Source: a virus
Virus record (IMG/VR): IMGVR_UViG_3300005573_000072
Location: 1 to 64,000 of that record
Length of the DNA stretch: 64,000 nt
Reading direction: 5' to 3' (one strand)
Below, in pieces: positions 6,873-15,877 of the stretch; the stretch's first letter is position 1; the number at the start of each line of letters is the position of its first letter. The notes under the pieces are model-generated. The model ran no database searches and had not been told where the DNA came from. It saw nothing but the letters and a program-made list of their open reading frames with translations. The position numbers and the translations under genes are program-made.

Positions 6873-7541
6873 ATGAAAATAACACAAATAAATGCAAGAG
6901 ATATTCCTGATGCATGGTATCAAGCAATTTTCAAGATTTTTGAAGAAGGAAGGATTTATACAATCGAAAAAGGTAGTTATGCTGGTAGTAGGAGGCTTGA
7001 GTTTGATTTCGTCGTTATCCATATCAAAAACCCCGAAACCAGGCCTCTTATTCCCGATATTCCGCCGGGTTTAGCTATCCCTTGCCCAGTTGACGAAGGT
7101 TATATATTTGAATATTTGGAAAAGCTTTGTTCGGCTCATTCCAAATCGGAATTCGAAGATTATACTTATGGAATGTATCTGGAACACCAAATACAAGAAG
7201 TAATAAGAATCTATAAAGAAAATGGTTTTGGCACAAATCAAGCTTGTATGGCAGTATGTGATTCAAATTCGATTTATCTAAACGACCCGCCCTGCCTACG
7301 CCAGATTGACACCAGAATTTACCCTGATGAGCGAAAGCTACATTTTATTGTATATTTCCGTTCATGGGATTTGTGGGGTGGGTTCCCCGCTAATTTGGCT
7401 GGTCTACAAATGCTAAAGGAATATATGGCGGATGAAATTGATGTTGAACCCGGTGAAACTATCGCCATCAGCAAAGGATTGCATTTATACGAATATGCAT
7501 GGGACTTTGCCAAATTACGGAGAGGCGCATTCGAAAGATAA
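6873..7541 (+). CDS. thyA: Thymidylate synthase (short ThyA type)
   Basis: PPCL catalytic Cys, FRSWD, GFPAN and LHLY motifs. Confidence 0.9.
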   Translation: MKITQINARDIPDAWYQAIFKIFEEGRIYTIEKGSYAGSRRLEFDFVVIHIKNPETRPLIPDIPPGLAIPCPVDEGYIFEYLEKLCSAHSKSEFEDYTYGMYLEHQIQEVIRIYKENGFGTNQACMAVCDSNSIYLNDPPCLRQIDTRIYPDERKLHFIVYFRSWDLWGGFPANLAGLQMLKEYMADEIDVEPGETIAISKGLHLYEYAWDFAKLRRGAFER

Positions 7542-7552
7542 GGAGGTGACCC

Positions 7553-8509
7553 ATGCCGTATATATTCACTCCAATGAGTTTTGATGAATTCATTGGGAAT
7601 GAAAATATAGTTGAACAAGTAAAAATTAGCCTTGAAGCCGCCAAACAAGAGAATAGACCTATGCTTCATACCTTAATGGTCGGTCCACCTGGAACCGGCA
7701 AAACTACCTTGGCCCAAATTATTGCCAAGGAACTTGGGGGAAGATTAATCTATCGTTTGGGTCATACCTTTGACCTTGAAAATACGATGATGAGCATAAG
7801 TGATAATGATGTTCTATTTATCGATGAAGTCCATAGATTGCCTATGGAAATCGAAGAAAAGCTTTATTTACCACTTGAGCAATATCGTTATGTTCCAGAA
7901 TTCGCAAAAATCAACCAACAACCTATCAACGTAGGTAGGTTCACCTTTATCGGTGCCACGACTTTATTAGGCAACATAAGTAAGCCTTTGCGGGATAGAT
8001 GCCCATTGATCTTGCATTTCCAACATTACACTAATGAACATATCGAACAAATAATTATCCAAGCCCTCAAGCACACAAATTATGATATGGCCAAAACGGC
8101 AATCAAACAATTGGCTATCGCAAGCCGTTTTACACCCCGGTTGGCAGTAATCCTATTGCAAAGGGTCATAGAATACCATTCACTAAATGGTAATAGTCGG
8201 AAAATCACACTTAAAAGCGTTAAGGAAATGCTAAACATAATGGGTATTAGAGAAAATGGGTTGAATGATAATGATATTCGATACCTGAAGGTATTGGGTG
8301 AAGCTGGGAGACCCGTGGGTATAAAAACCCTGGCTTTGATGTTAAACATCGATGAAAAGACCTTACAATTGGTTCATGAAAACTTTCTATTGGATTTAGG
8401 TTATATCATAATGACTAATCGCGGGCGAACCCTATCTGTAAAAGGGATTGATTTCCTATTGAAGCAAGGAATGTTTGTGTCAGATGACTTATTAACAAAG
8501 GAGGGATAG
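7553..8509 (+). CDS. ruvB: Holliday junction branch-migration ATPase RuvB
   Basis: GPPGTGKTTLA, FIDEVHRL, IGATT, PLRDR, TPR and T.RGR motifs. Confidence 0.9.
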   Translation: MPYIFTPMSFDEFIGNENIVEQVKISLEAAKQENRPMLHTLMVGPPGTGKTTLAQIIAKELGGRLIYRLGHTFDLENTMMSISDNDVLFIDEVHRLPMEIEEKLYLPLEQYRYVPEFAKINQQPINVGRFTFIGATTLLGNISKPLRDRCPLILHFQHYTNEHIEQIIIQALKHTNYDMAKTAIKQLAIASRFTPRLAVILLQRVIEYHSLNGNSRKITLKSVKEMLNIMGIRENGLNDNDIRYLKVLGEAGRPVGIKTLALMLNIDEKTLQLVHENFLLDLGYIIMTNRGRTLSVKGIDFLLKQGMFVSDDLLTKEG

Positions 8510-8510
8510 C

Positions 8511-8690
8511 ATGGCTCGTCGAAAAAACAAAATAAACGAAAATGAAATGGAAAAATTCAAACGGATAAATAAAAAAATAGGACAAATAGGTACTCATTGG
8601 ACAATCAGTGAAAAAGAATTTGAGTTTTGGGAAAAAATTGCTGATTTTATTCTCAGAAATAAGGAATCAAAAAATGAAAAAGAATCATAA
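8511..8690 (+). CDS. Small hypothetical protein (59 aa)
   Basis: GGAGG RBS; MARRKNKINE...; below the ORF-track cutoff. Confidence 0.55.
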   Translation: MARRKNKINENEMEKFKRINKKIGQIGTHWTISEKEFEFWEKIADFILRNKESKNEKES

Positions 8691-8823
8691 AAACCTTAAC
8701 ATAATTCAGGTTTATAAGTCAATAAGAAAGGAGGTGCCCAGACCGGCAAGAATTATCGAGTCTAAAAAAGTATATAGGCGCAAACACAAAACACAAAAAA
8801 GGGAAAATCAAATGTATGAATGA
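8674..8823 (+). CDS. Small basic protein
   Basis: AAGGA RBS before ATG 8674; K/R-rich. Confidence 0.5.
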   Translation: MKKNHKNLNIIQVYKSIRKEVPRPARIIESKKVYRRKHKTQKRENQMYE

Positions 8824-8836
8824 AAGGAGGTAAAAA

Positions 8837-9100
8837 ATGAATGAAAACCGAACTCCTGACAAGGCAAGCAAGATTGCTGGGATTATTATTGTGATAATCT
8901 GTTTGTCATTCCTATGCAGGGCTTGCCTGGCTATATGGCCCTCCGAACCAGAAGATAAAAAACCTGAACAGAATTCCACGATAAAAACATGCCCAACATG
9001 TGGCGGAACGGGTTATATCGTCACCATAGACACAGAAACAGATAAGGTTACTTATCATAAATGCCCAGATTGTGGTGGTTCAGGTATCAAGACAAAATAA
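8837..9100 (+). CDS. Membrane-anchored protein with DnaJ-type zinc finger
   Basis: N-terminal hydrophobic helix; CPTCGGTG and CPDCGGSG. Confidence 0.75.
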   Translation: MNENRTPDKASKIAGIIIVIICLSFLCRACLAIWPSEPEDKKPEQNSTIKTCPTCGGTGYIVTIDTETDKVTYHKCPDCGGSGIKTK

Positions 9101-9113
9101 ACCCCAACTTTCA

Positions 9114-9149
9114 ATAAGTCTCCCTGATTTTTAGATTAGGGAGGCTTAT
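9114..9149. terminator. Hairpin between convergent transcription units (probably bidirectional terminator)
   Basis: ATAAGTCTCCCTGAT and ATTAGGGAGGCTTAT inverted repeat at the +/- strand junction. Confidence 0.75.
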
Positions 9150-9150
9150 A

Positions 9151-9489
9151 TTACACTAATTTTCCACCAGACGAAAGAAATTTACTTAATGAAACAATAT
9201 CAATACCGATAGAAAAATTTGGTAAAGAGGTATTATAATAGCCTACCAATTCGCACGTATCAGCATTAAATACATATCCTCCATAAACTTCAGACGGATA
9301 AACATCAACAATATAATAGAATCCTTGCAGAACATCATATGTCGCTATTTTATTAAATTCTACCTTTATCTTATTAGGACAAACTGTATTGATGAAACCC
9401 TCAATTCGCTGAGGAAGTTTCTCCTCCTTCTTCTCCGTTTTCTTGATTTTCATTTCCGGTGTCAACTTGTTCTTCACCCATTTTATCAT
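9151..9489 (-). CDS. Hypothetical protein, possibly a degenerate trypsin-like fragment
   Basis: GGAGGA RBS before ATG 9489. YGGYVFNADTCELVG resembles SGGPxFNxxGELVG. Confidence 0.5.
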   Translation of the reverse strand: MIKWVKNKLTPEMKIKKTEKKEEKLPQRIEGFINTVCPNKIKVEFNKIATYDVLQGFYYIVDVYPSEVYGGYVFNADTCELVGYYNTSLPNFSIGIDIVSLSKFLSSGGKLV

Positions 9490-10093
9490 AATTCTTTTTC
9501 CTCCTATTAATTCTTTTAGCAAATTTTAGATGAGGATACTCATTTATTTTAGCAGAGCGACCCTGTTTAATAAGAAAGGCGGCTATCCGTAACCCGCTAT
9601 TATGGGGTTTATCCTTATATTTTTCAAATGCTTTCTCTTCTATTTCGTTCATCATAACTTCTTCGTTTCTTGCGGCCAGGTCAAATTTGGGAAAACCAAA
9701 GACCAAAACTTTTTCTGCATCAATACCAAATTGTTCCAAACGAATTTTATTGAATTTATTAGAAACCAATATGAAATCATAAAAATGCAAATTGTCGGAT
9801 AATGGTAGCATAAAGCTTCGAGGAATAAGAACATTAATGTTTCCTATTCGAGGAGAGAAAACAATGTTGATGTTAAAATCAACAAATACATGGGGCTTAT
9901 ATAGGGCCATTTCCCACACCATTATTCGATAATCCTTGATATAACGATATTTCAGTTTATATTTTCTTAACTCTTCCGCTACATTTTTGCGGTCAGTAAA
10001 TACAAGCCAGCTACCTTCATTTAGATAAGGCACTATAGCTCGCACAAATGAAACCTCATTTGGATGTCCCACATAAAAAGCAACTTTAGTCAT
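9401..10093 (-). CDS. CDP-glycerol glycerophosphotransferase/GT-B-like protein (short)
   Basis: YDFILVS...FGIDAEKVLVFGFPKFD resembles the TagB/F-type GxPRxD region. AAGGAGG RBS. Confidence 0.55.
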   Translation of the reverse strand: MTKVAFYVGHPNEVSFVRAIVPYLNEGSWLVFTDRKNVAEELRKYKLKYRYIKDYRIMVWEMALYKPHVFVDFNINIVFSPRIGNINVLIPRSFMLPLSDNLHFYDFILVSNKFNKIRLEQFGIDAEKVLVFGFPKFDLAARNEEVMMNEIEEKAFEKYKDKPHNSGLRIAAFLIKQGRSAKINEYPHLKFAKRINRRKKNYDKMGEEQVDTGNENQENGEEGGETSSAN

Positions 10094-10106
10094 ATTAGTT
10101 TCCTCC

Positions 10107-10163
10107 TTAATCTTTAATATCTAATCCTGCTGCTTTTAATAGCAGCACTAAATTATTAAACAT
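10107..10163 (-). pseudogene. C-terminal remnant of the 93-aa gene found intact at 5680-5961
   Basis: MFNNLVLLLKAAGLDIKD*. A 199-bp deletion between AGGA microhomologies plus a CAA>TAA change. Confidence 0.8.
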
Positions 10164-10191
10164 CCTATCGATATCCTCCTTCTGATACCTC

Positions 10192-12012
10192 CTATTTTTT
10201 AGCTTGTCCCCAATTATCACCATAACCTATTTCGACTTCTAAAGGAACAGATAATTCTTTTACATTTACCATTTCATTTTCGATTAACTGCATTATTTCC
10301 ATCACAAAATCTTCTTTTACAATCACTACTAATTCATCATGAATCTGGGAAAGAATTTTTCCGCCAAATTTCTGGAATATCTCATTATTAAATATATTAA
10401 TCATAGCTAATTTCATAATATCCGCTGCACTACCTTGAATAATCGTATTTACTGCTTGCCGTTCTGCTCTGCTTCTTTTGTATGAATCATCGGAATTTAT
10501 CATTGGTAATCGCCTTTTCCTTCCTATTAATGTGCGAACATAGCCTTTTTCCCGGCAACTTTTAACTACTTCATCTCGCCACTTATAAAATCCTGGGTAT
10601 TTCTTCCTATGTTGGCTAAGAATACCTTCAATTTCTTCGATATTAAAAACATCATGCCCTGCGGATGCCAATACTTGACGAATTTTATTCGGGCCTGCAC
10701 CATAAGCAATACTAAAGTTTATAGTTTTAGCATAAAATCTCTTTTCATCATCCAACGTACCAAATAAATCCAAAGCTGTTTCGGCATGAATATCACGCTG
10801 ATTTTTAAATGCCTGTATAAGTTTTGGTTCCTGGGAAAAATGACTTATCAACCTCAATTCAATTTGGCTATAATCAGCCACAATCATTTTATAGCCAGAC
10901 GGAGCTTTGAAAAGATGCCGAATTTTAAACTCATCATCATCTCTTGGGATATTTTGTAAATTAGGGTTAGATGAACTAAATCTCCCGCTTGCCGTCCCTA
11001 TGGAATCAAATGTTGTCTTTATTTTTCCATCAATAATAAATTTTTGAAAACCTTCAATATAGGTCGAATACAACTTCTGTAATCTGCGATACTCCAATAA
11101 TTTGGGAATCGCTGGATGTTCGGTAACGATAGACAAAAGTGCTTGTTCATCAACCGAAGGATTTCCTTTAGCAGTAGTATAGTTGCATGTCAATCCCATC
11201 CGTTTGAAAAGTAAATCAGATAGTTGCTTTGAGCTATCTATGTTTATTTGGTGGCCTAGCAATTCAAGTATTTCCTCTTTTACTTTTTTTGTCTGTTCTT
11301 TTATCTTTTGTCCTAATTGTCCCATATATTCTTCCCCAATGAGCATACCCTCTTCTTCCATTTCTATTACAATAGGCAATAAATCAGTTTCCAACTTAAA
11401 GGCTGCTAAGAGTTTTTCCTCCCTTAACTTATTTTTATAAAATTGATATAAATGAAAACATGATTTTGCATCCATACGACAATATCTAGCCGCCTCCCTG
11501 ATAGGACTATTAACAAAACCTACAGACTCAAAAAAGCTCAATTCAACTAAATTTATACCAAATTCCTTTCTGATTAAATTCTTTAAACCTTTAGATTCGG
11601 TTTCTTCATTGAGTAGCCAAGCCATTATCATTGTATCTATCAAAGTTCCATTGACCTTAATACCATATTTACGTAAAACATGTGTATCAAATTTTATATT
11701 ATGGGCAATCTTTGTTTTAGTAGGATCCTCAAAATATGGTTTAAGCATCCTAATCACATAATCTAATGGTAGTAATTCAAAAGCAACCTCGTGTTTGACT
11801 GGAACATAAAATGTATCATAATTAATACAAAAACCTATACCTAATAATTCAACATCATCATATCTACCCCTCGTTGGAAGAGCCGTTGTCTCAACATCAA
11901 ATGAAAAATAATTTGTGAACTTTAAACGATTACATAACTCTTCCATCATAGAACGGCTTCTTATTATCCTACTTGGTAGGAATTCATCAATAAACATAAA
12001 CAAATTCATCAT
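10192..12012 (-). CDS. polA: Family A DNA polymerase (3'-5' exonuclease + polymerase, no 5'-3' exonuclease)
   Basis: Exo motifs FDVET, HNIKFD and YCRMD. Pol motifs SGRFSS.NPNLQNIP, DYSQIELR, KTINFSIAYG and IHDEL. Confidence 0.95.
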   Translation of the reverse strand: MMNLFMFIDEFLPSRIIRSRSMMEELCNRLKFTNYFSFDVETTALPTRGRYDDVELLGIGFCINYDTFYVPVKHEVAFELLPLDYVIRMLKPYFEDPTKTKIAHNIKFDTHVLRKYGIKVNGTLIDTMIMAWLLNEETESKGLKNLIRKEFGINLVELSFFESVGFVNSPIREAARYCRMDAKSCFHLYQFYKNKLREEKLLAAFKLETDLLPIVIEMEEEGMLIGEEYMGQLGQKIKEQTKKVKEEILELLGHQINIDSSKQLSDLLFKRMGLTCNYTTAKGNPSVDEQALLSIVTEHPAIPKLLEYRRLQKLYSTYIEGFQKFIIDGKIKTTFDSIGTASGRFSSSNPNLQNIPRDDDEFKIRHLFKAPSGYKMIVADYSQIELRLISHFSQEPKLIQAFKNQRDIHAETALDLFGTLDDEKRFYAKTINFSIAYGAGPNKIRQVLASAGHDVFNIEEIEGILSQHRKKYPGFYKWRDEVVKSCREKGYVRTLIGRKRRLPMINSDDSYKRSRAERQAVNTIIQGSAADIMKLAMINIFNNEIFQKFGGKILSQIHDELVVIVKEDFVMEIMQLIENEMVNVKELSVPLEVEIGYGDNWGQAKK

Positions 12013-12362
12013 AAGAATTCCACTCCCATTTCCTCTTTTGGGATTCGTTCATAGATTATTTCATAATCTGGTTCTTCTTTATTTAGTTTATCAGAAAGTT
12101 TAAATAAGTCAATATCATAGATACTCCAAATAAATTTTTGTGCTAATAAATCAATTTTTAAACGACCAACAATACGGATACTATCCTTTCCTAAAAATAA
12201 ATACAATAAAATAGTACCAAAATCATCCTCCGTGCTCTCTTGAAAGGAATATCCTTTCAAATCCGGATTAGTAGCAAATATTTTACCGATTCTCTCTATA
12301 AATTTGCGCCTCATAACCTCTAACATGTAAATGGGAATACCGCTTTTTTTCAATTTTATCAC
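12009..12362 (-). CDS. Hypothetical protein
   Basis: Tightly packed ORF in the operon. Confidence 0.65.
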   Translation of the reverse strand: MIKLKKSGIPIYMLEVMRRKFIERIGKIFATNPDLKGYSFQESTEDDFGTILLYLFLGKDSIRIVGRLKIDLLAQKFIWSIYDIDLFKLSDKLNKEEPDYEIIYERIPKEEMGVEFL

Positions 12363-13232
12363 CTACAACATATCGATTATATCACTATATATTTCAATTC
12401 TTTCCTTTGCCGGATATATTTTGAGGCCTACAGCTCCAGTTTGAATCGCTTCATAAAGCTTATCCTCGGCATAATCCGAAGCTCCATCATCATATAATTT
12501 GTAAAAACTACCAGTCAAAGCCATAATGCGTCTTATTTCAGTTCTTTTTAGTTTACCTGTTTTAGTGATTCCTGTTTTCATTCGTGAATTCCAAATCATT
12601 TTCTCGTGAGTATGGCCCACAAAGTAAAAATCTGCCTCATGACTACGTGCCAAAGATTCTACATAATTTACTTTTCCACCTATAGTTGTACTTCCAGAAC
12701 TTCCATGAGTTGCAAAAATAATATACTTTAAACTTTCCTGAATTTGTTCATTCCTATTTTGTCGAGGATTTTTTCTTTTTTTCTGGAATACTAACCTAAT
12801 CATGCAAACAGATGATAAAAAGGTAGTTTCTAAATCACGACACAGGTCTAACGTTAAATCTCGGTAATATTGTTTGCGCATCTTCTTTTCATGATTACCC
12901 TCGATTATTCCAATTATTCTCCCTTTACAGGGCATCAAAGCATCCCTAATTTCACGATATTGTTTACCTGCTAAATCTGCCAAATCTTCCTCATTATAAT
13001 AGCTTGACTCAATCACTTTTGAATCAAACCTCTTGTCAGAATAAACAATGCAATCGCCCAAATCACCCATTAATAAAAGATGGACTCGGTCATTCTTTGC
13101 CGCCTTTTGTACCATATTTAACCATTTTTGGCGGTCAAACTTCTTGGCTCCCAAATGCCAATCACCAGTTGGAATAATGAAATAATAATCATCAAATTTA
13201 TCGTATTCTATGATATATTCATGAAGCACCAT
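12363..13232 (-). CDS. Calcineurin-like metallophosphoesterase
   Basis: GDWH, GDLGD, GNHE, THG and GHTH motifs. Confidence 0.9.
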   Translation of the reverse strand: MVLHEYIIEYDKFDDYYFIIPTGDWHLGAKKFDRQKWLNMVQKAAKNDRVHLLLMGDLGDCIVYSDKRFDSKVIESSYYNEEDLADLAGKQYREIRDALMPCKGRIIGIIEGNHEKKMRKQYYRDLTLDLCRDLETTFLSSVCMIRLVFQKKRKNPRQNRNEQIQESLKYIIFATHGSSGSTTIGGKVNYVESLARSHEADFYFVGHTHEKMIWNSRMKTGITKTGKLKRTEIRRIMALTGSFYKLYDDGASDYAEDKLYEAIQTGAVGLKIYPAKERIEIYSDIIDML

Positions 13233-13706
13233 TTACTTTTCTTCCTCCTTTTCGGCATCCAATTTTGCTTTTACAAAATATGATTTCCTACGAAAATTTG
13301 CAACTTCTAAATCACGATAAAATTGATCCGGTCTATAATCTCCCCTTGCTCGAGACCAATTATAAATATCAATTGCTTTATTGATTTTACGAAAGATTGT
13401 ATCCTTGTTTATTGGTTCATCATAGTAAATTTCGACATAAGGCATTCCCGAATCTAATACCATTTGATATTTTTCTTCATCTCGTTTCATTTGCTCAAAC
13501 CAACCTGCCTGGTCATCATGGAAATACTTTATATATTTAAAATGTTGTTCTCCATGGCATTCCACAGCAATATCATATACCGAGTGAACTACAAAATCAA
13601 CTTTATATCCTTTCCCAATACTGAAATTATGGCTTATCTTGCAATTTGGGAATAATTCCTTTAAAACCTCCTCAACTTTCAACTCTAATTTACTTTTTCT
13701 TGCCAC
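13233..13706 (-). CDS. PD-(D/E)XK, Vsr-like endonuclease
   Basis: VDF...AVECHGEQH...RDEEK pattern. Confidence 0.75.
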   Translation of the reverse strand: MARKSKLELKVEEVLKELFPNCKISHNFSIGKGYKVDFVVHSVYDIAVECHGEQHFKYIKYFHDDQAGWFEQMKRDEEKYQMVLDSGMPYVEIYYDEPINKDTIFRKINKAIDIYNWSRARGDYRPDQFYRDLEVANFRRKSYFVKAKLDAEKEEEK

Positions 13707-13932
13707 TATATATCACCTCTTTCTCTTGAATTTTTCCTTTGGCTTTCGCTCGTTCAATAGAAACCCCAAAACGATATGGCCATAACTTACAATCTTTAAT
13801 CGGGCAAAACTCAACTTCTTTTGATGATCCACCACTACAATCAACACAATAAGCACGAATAGCCTTTCTTAAAGCTGCTTTTGAATCAAGTGGATTAATC
13901 TTCCTCTTTTTCTTTTCCATTTCTCCCTCCAA
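13690..13932 (-). CDS. Small Cys4 zinc-binding phage protein
   Basis: AIRAYCVDC...C....C.LWPYRFG. Confidence 0.7.
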   Translation of the reverse strand: MEGEMEKKKRKINPLDSKAALRKAIRAYCVDCSGGSSKEVEFCPIKDCKLWPYRFGVSIERAKAKGKIQEKEVIYSGKKK

Positions 13933-13956
13933 TTGTAAAATTTTCCTTTTATTTCC

Positions 13957-14412
13957 TTATCTATCTGCTAAATAATTTACTGTATATTCAAGGGCTTCAC
14001 TAAAGTCACCTATTATTTTTGCTGCCATAAACCCCATCCATCCATTTTCTAAATCTTTTACACGCTCCTCGTTTCCAGCCCAAACTATAACAGGAATATT
14101 ATAGATAAAAGAAGCCAGAGCAACTTCTGTTACTGTCCCTATATAATTCTTGAATGGATTAGTAAACTCAACAAACACTAAATCACTACGCTTTAAATCA
14201 TACAAATCACGTCTGACTATTTCATTTATTGTCAATTCATCACTTTCCAATAACTTTTCCGGTTTACCCTGGTAGTAATGACCTCTTAAAGGATTTATAA
14301 CATCATATCCATAAAATTCAAAATAAGCTTTGGCTTCTTCTCGCCATGAAGAAGCAAGTTTATAATCTATCCCTGCTATTCCACCAGACAGATATATTTT
14401 AGTCATATCCAA
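13957..14412 (-). CDS. Nucleoside 2-deoxyribosyltransferase-like protein
   Basis: KIYLSGG, WR, NP, DL...SD and GTVTE motifs. Confidence 0.8.
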   Translation of the reverse strand: MDMTKIYLSGGIAGIDYKLASSWREEAKAYFEFYGYDVINPLRGHYYQGKPEKLLESDELTINEIVRRDLYDLKRSDLVFVEFTNPFKNYIGTVTEVALASFIYNIPVIVWAGNEERVKDLENGWMGFMAAKIIGDFSEALEYTVNYLADR

Positions 14413-15412
14413 GCCCCTCCAAAATCTTTTTTACCATTTCTGGATTATTTTCCAAATATTCCCTCAATGCTTCTCTGCCTTGAGCAATTTTTTCTTCGCC
14501 CATAAAATACCATGAACCGCCTCTTCTTAAAATACCACGTGTGATAGCTAAAGAGATAATTTCGCTTATTTTATCAATACCTTTTCCATATATCAAATCA
14601 AATTCGGCTACTTTATAAGGAGGATTATATTTATTTTTAACAATTTTTGCCCTCACTACAGAACCAACCTGAACACCATTTTCCATTATTTTATCGATAG
14701 CCCTTAAATCGATTCTGATTTTGGAATAAAATTTCAAAGCTCTTCCACCAGGCGTTGTCTCTGGATTACCATATGTCCCAATTTTTTCACGTAATTGATT
14801 TATGAAAATCAAAATTGTTTTCGTATTCCCTACAATAGGTTGGATACGTCTCAAAAACGCTGACATCATCCTTGCCTGTCTGCCCACATGCTGATCTTCC
14901 ACTTTTGATTCTAATTCTGCCTCAGGAACAAGGGCTGCAACGCTATCAATAACAAGCATACCAATTTTACCAGTTTTTATCAGTGTATCTGCGATTGTTA
15001 AAGCTTCTTCTCCTGTCCCAGGTTGTGAGAATATAACAAAATTGCTATCCAACCCCAAAGCTTCCGCATATTCCATTTCCATGCCATGCTCCATATCGAT
15101 TATCGCAACTACATTGCCTTGTTTTTGAGCTTCAGCCAACATATGAATAGCCAAAGTAGTCTTCCCAGACATTTCTGGCCCATATATTTCTACAATACTA
15201 CCTTTAGGAATACCACCAACTCCAATAGCATCATCTAAAGCTAATGATGAAGTAGATATTACTTCCAGATTTTTAGGAGCGTAGGCACCAATAATTGCCG
15301 TCCCTTCTCCATATTTATCATTAAGTATTTTCAGGGCAGTCAATAAAGATTCATCCAATAGAATTTCATTTATCTTCTTACTAGCACCTTCTTCCGATTT
15401 TTTCTTTGCCAT
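14399..15412 (-). CDS. recA: RecA recombinase
   Basis: GPEMSGKTT, VIDSVAAL, GRQARMMS, FINQLREKIG and TPGGRALKFY motifs. Confidence 0.97.
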   Translation of the reverse strand: MAKKKSEEGASKKINEILLDESLLTALKILNDKYGEGTAIIGAYAPKNLEVISTSSLALDDAIGVGGIPKGSIVEIYGPEMSGKTTLAIHMLAEAQKQGNVVAIIDMEHGMEMEYAEALGLDSNFVIFSQPGTGEEALTIADTLIKTGKIGMLVIDSVAALVPEAELESKVEDQHVGRQARMMSAFLRRIQPIVGNTKTILIFINQLREKIGTYGNPETTPGGRALKFYSKIRIDLRAIDKIMENGVQVGSVVRAKIVKNKYNPPYKVAEFDLIYGKGIDKISEIISLAITRGILRRGGSWYFMGEEKIAQGREALREYLENNPEMVKKILEGLGYD

Positions 15413-15421
15413 TTATATCTC

Positions 15422-15877
15422 CTACCTTTGCTCTTCCATGTGCATTTTATAATAACTTAACAGATTTATCAACACATCGCTTTTGTGTTTTAGTCTTGCC
15501 TCAATGCGAGATAACATCTTTTTGTAATAAGTCCATTTGCTTATTTCATTTTTCCATTTATTCCAATCATCTAAATTGTCACAAATAACCACATTCTTTA
15601 TCATCGATTCTGATATTTTACTATTTGGTATAGATTCATCATTCATTAATTTTTCTCGTGCTTTTTCATAATGAATAGAATACCAAACTTCGAAATCATT
15701 TTCCAATTTCTCTAATTTTATTGCTGCTTTTTCAGCCAAAAAGCCCCAGAAAAAGGTTAATGATGGGTTCTGCTGTAAATCATAGGCAAGCGCTTCTGGA
15801 TTATCGGCATTTATTGTAAATAATTCTTCTGTAGAAGCCGTATACTGCTCATCCCCAAAGTTGAATTTAAGAAGCAT
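15422..15877 (-). CDS. UvsY-like recombination mediator (putative)
   Basis: Helical ~150-aa protein directly upstream of recA; KISESMIK...K.DVL pattern. Confidence 0.45.
   Translation of the reverse strand: MLLKFNFGDEQYTASTEELFTINADNPEALAYDLQQNPSLTFFWGFLAEKAAIKLEKLENDFEVWYSIHYEKAREKLMNDESIPNSKISESMIKNVVICDNLDDWNKWKNEISKWTYYKKMLSRIEARLKHKSDVLINLLSYYKMHMEEQR

Noticed and set aside
6873-7541. thyA as a DNA-modifying dCMP hydroxymethylase
   Set aside because: It keeps Asn in GFPAN (dUMP specificity), and no clear base-modification cluster is adjacent.
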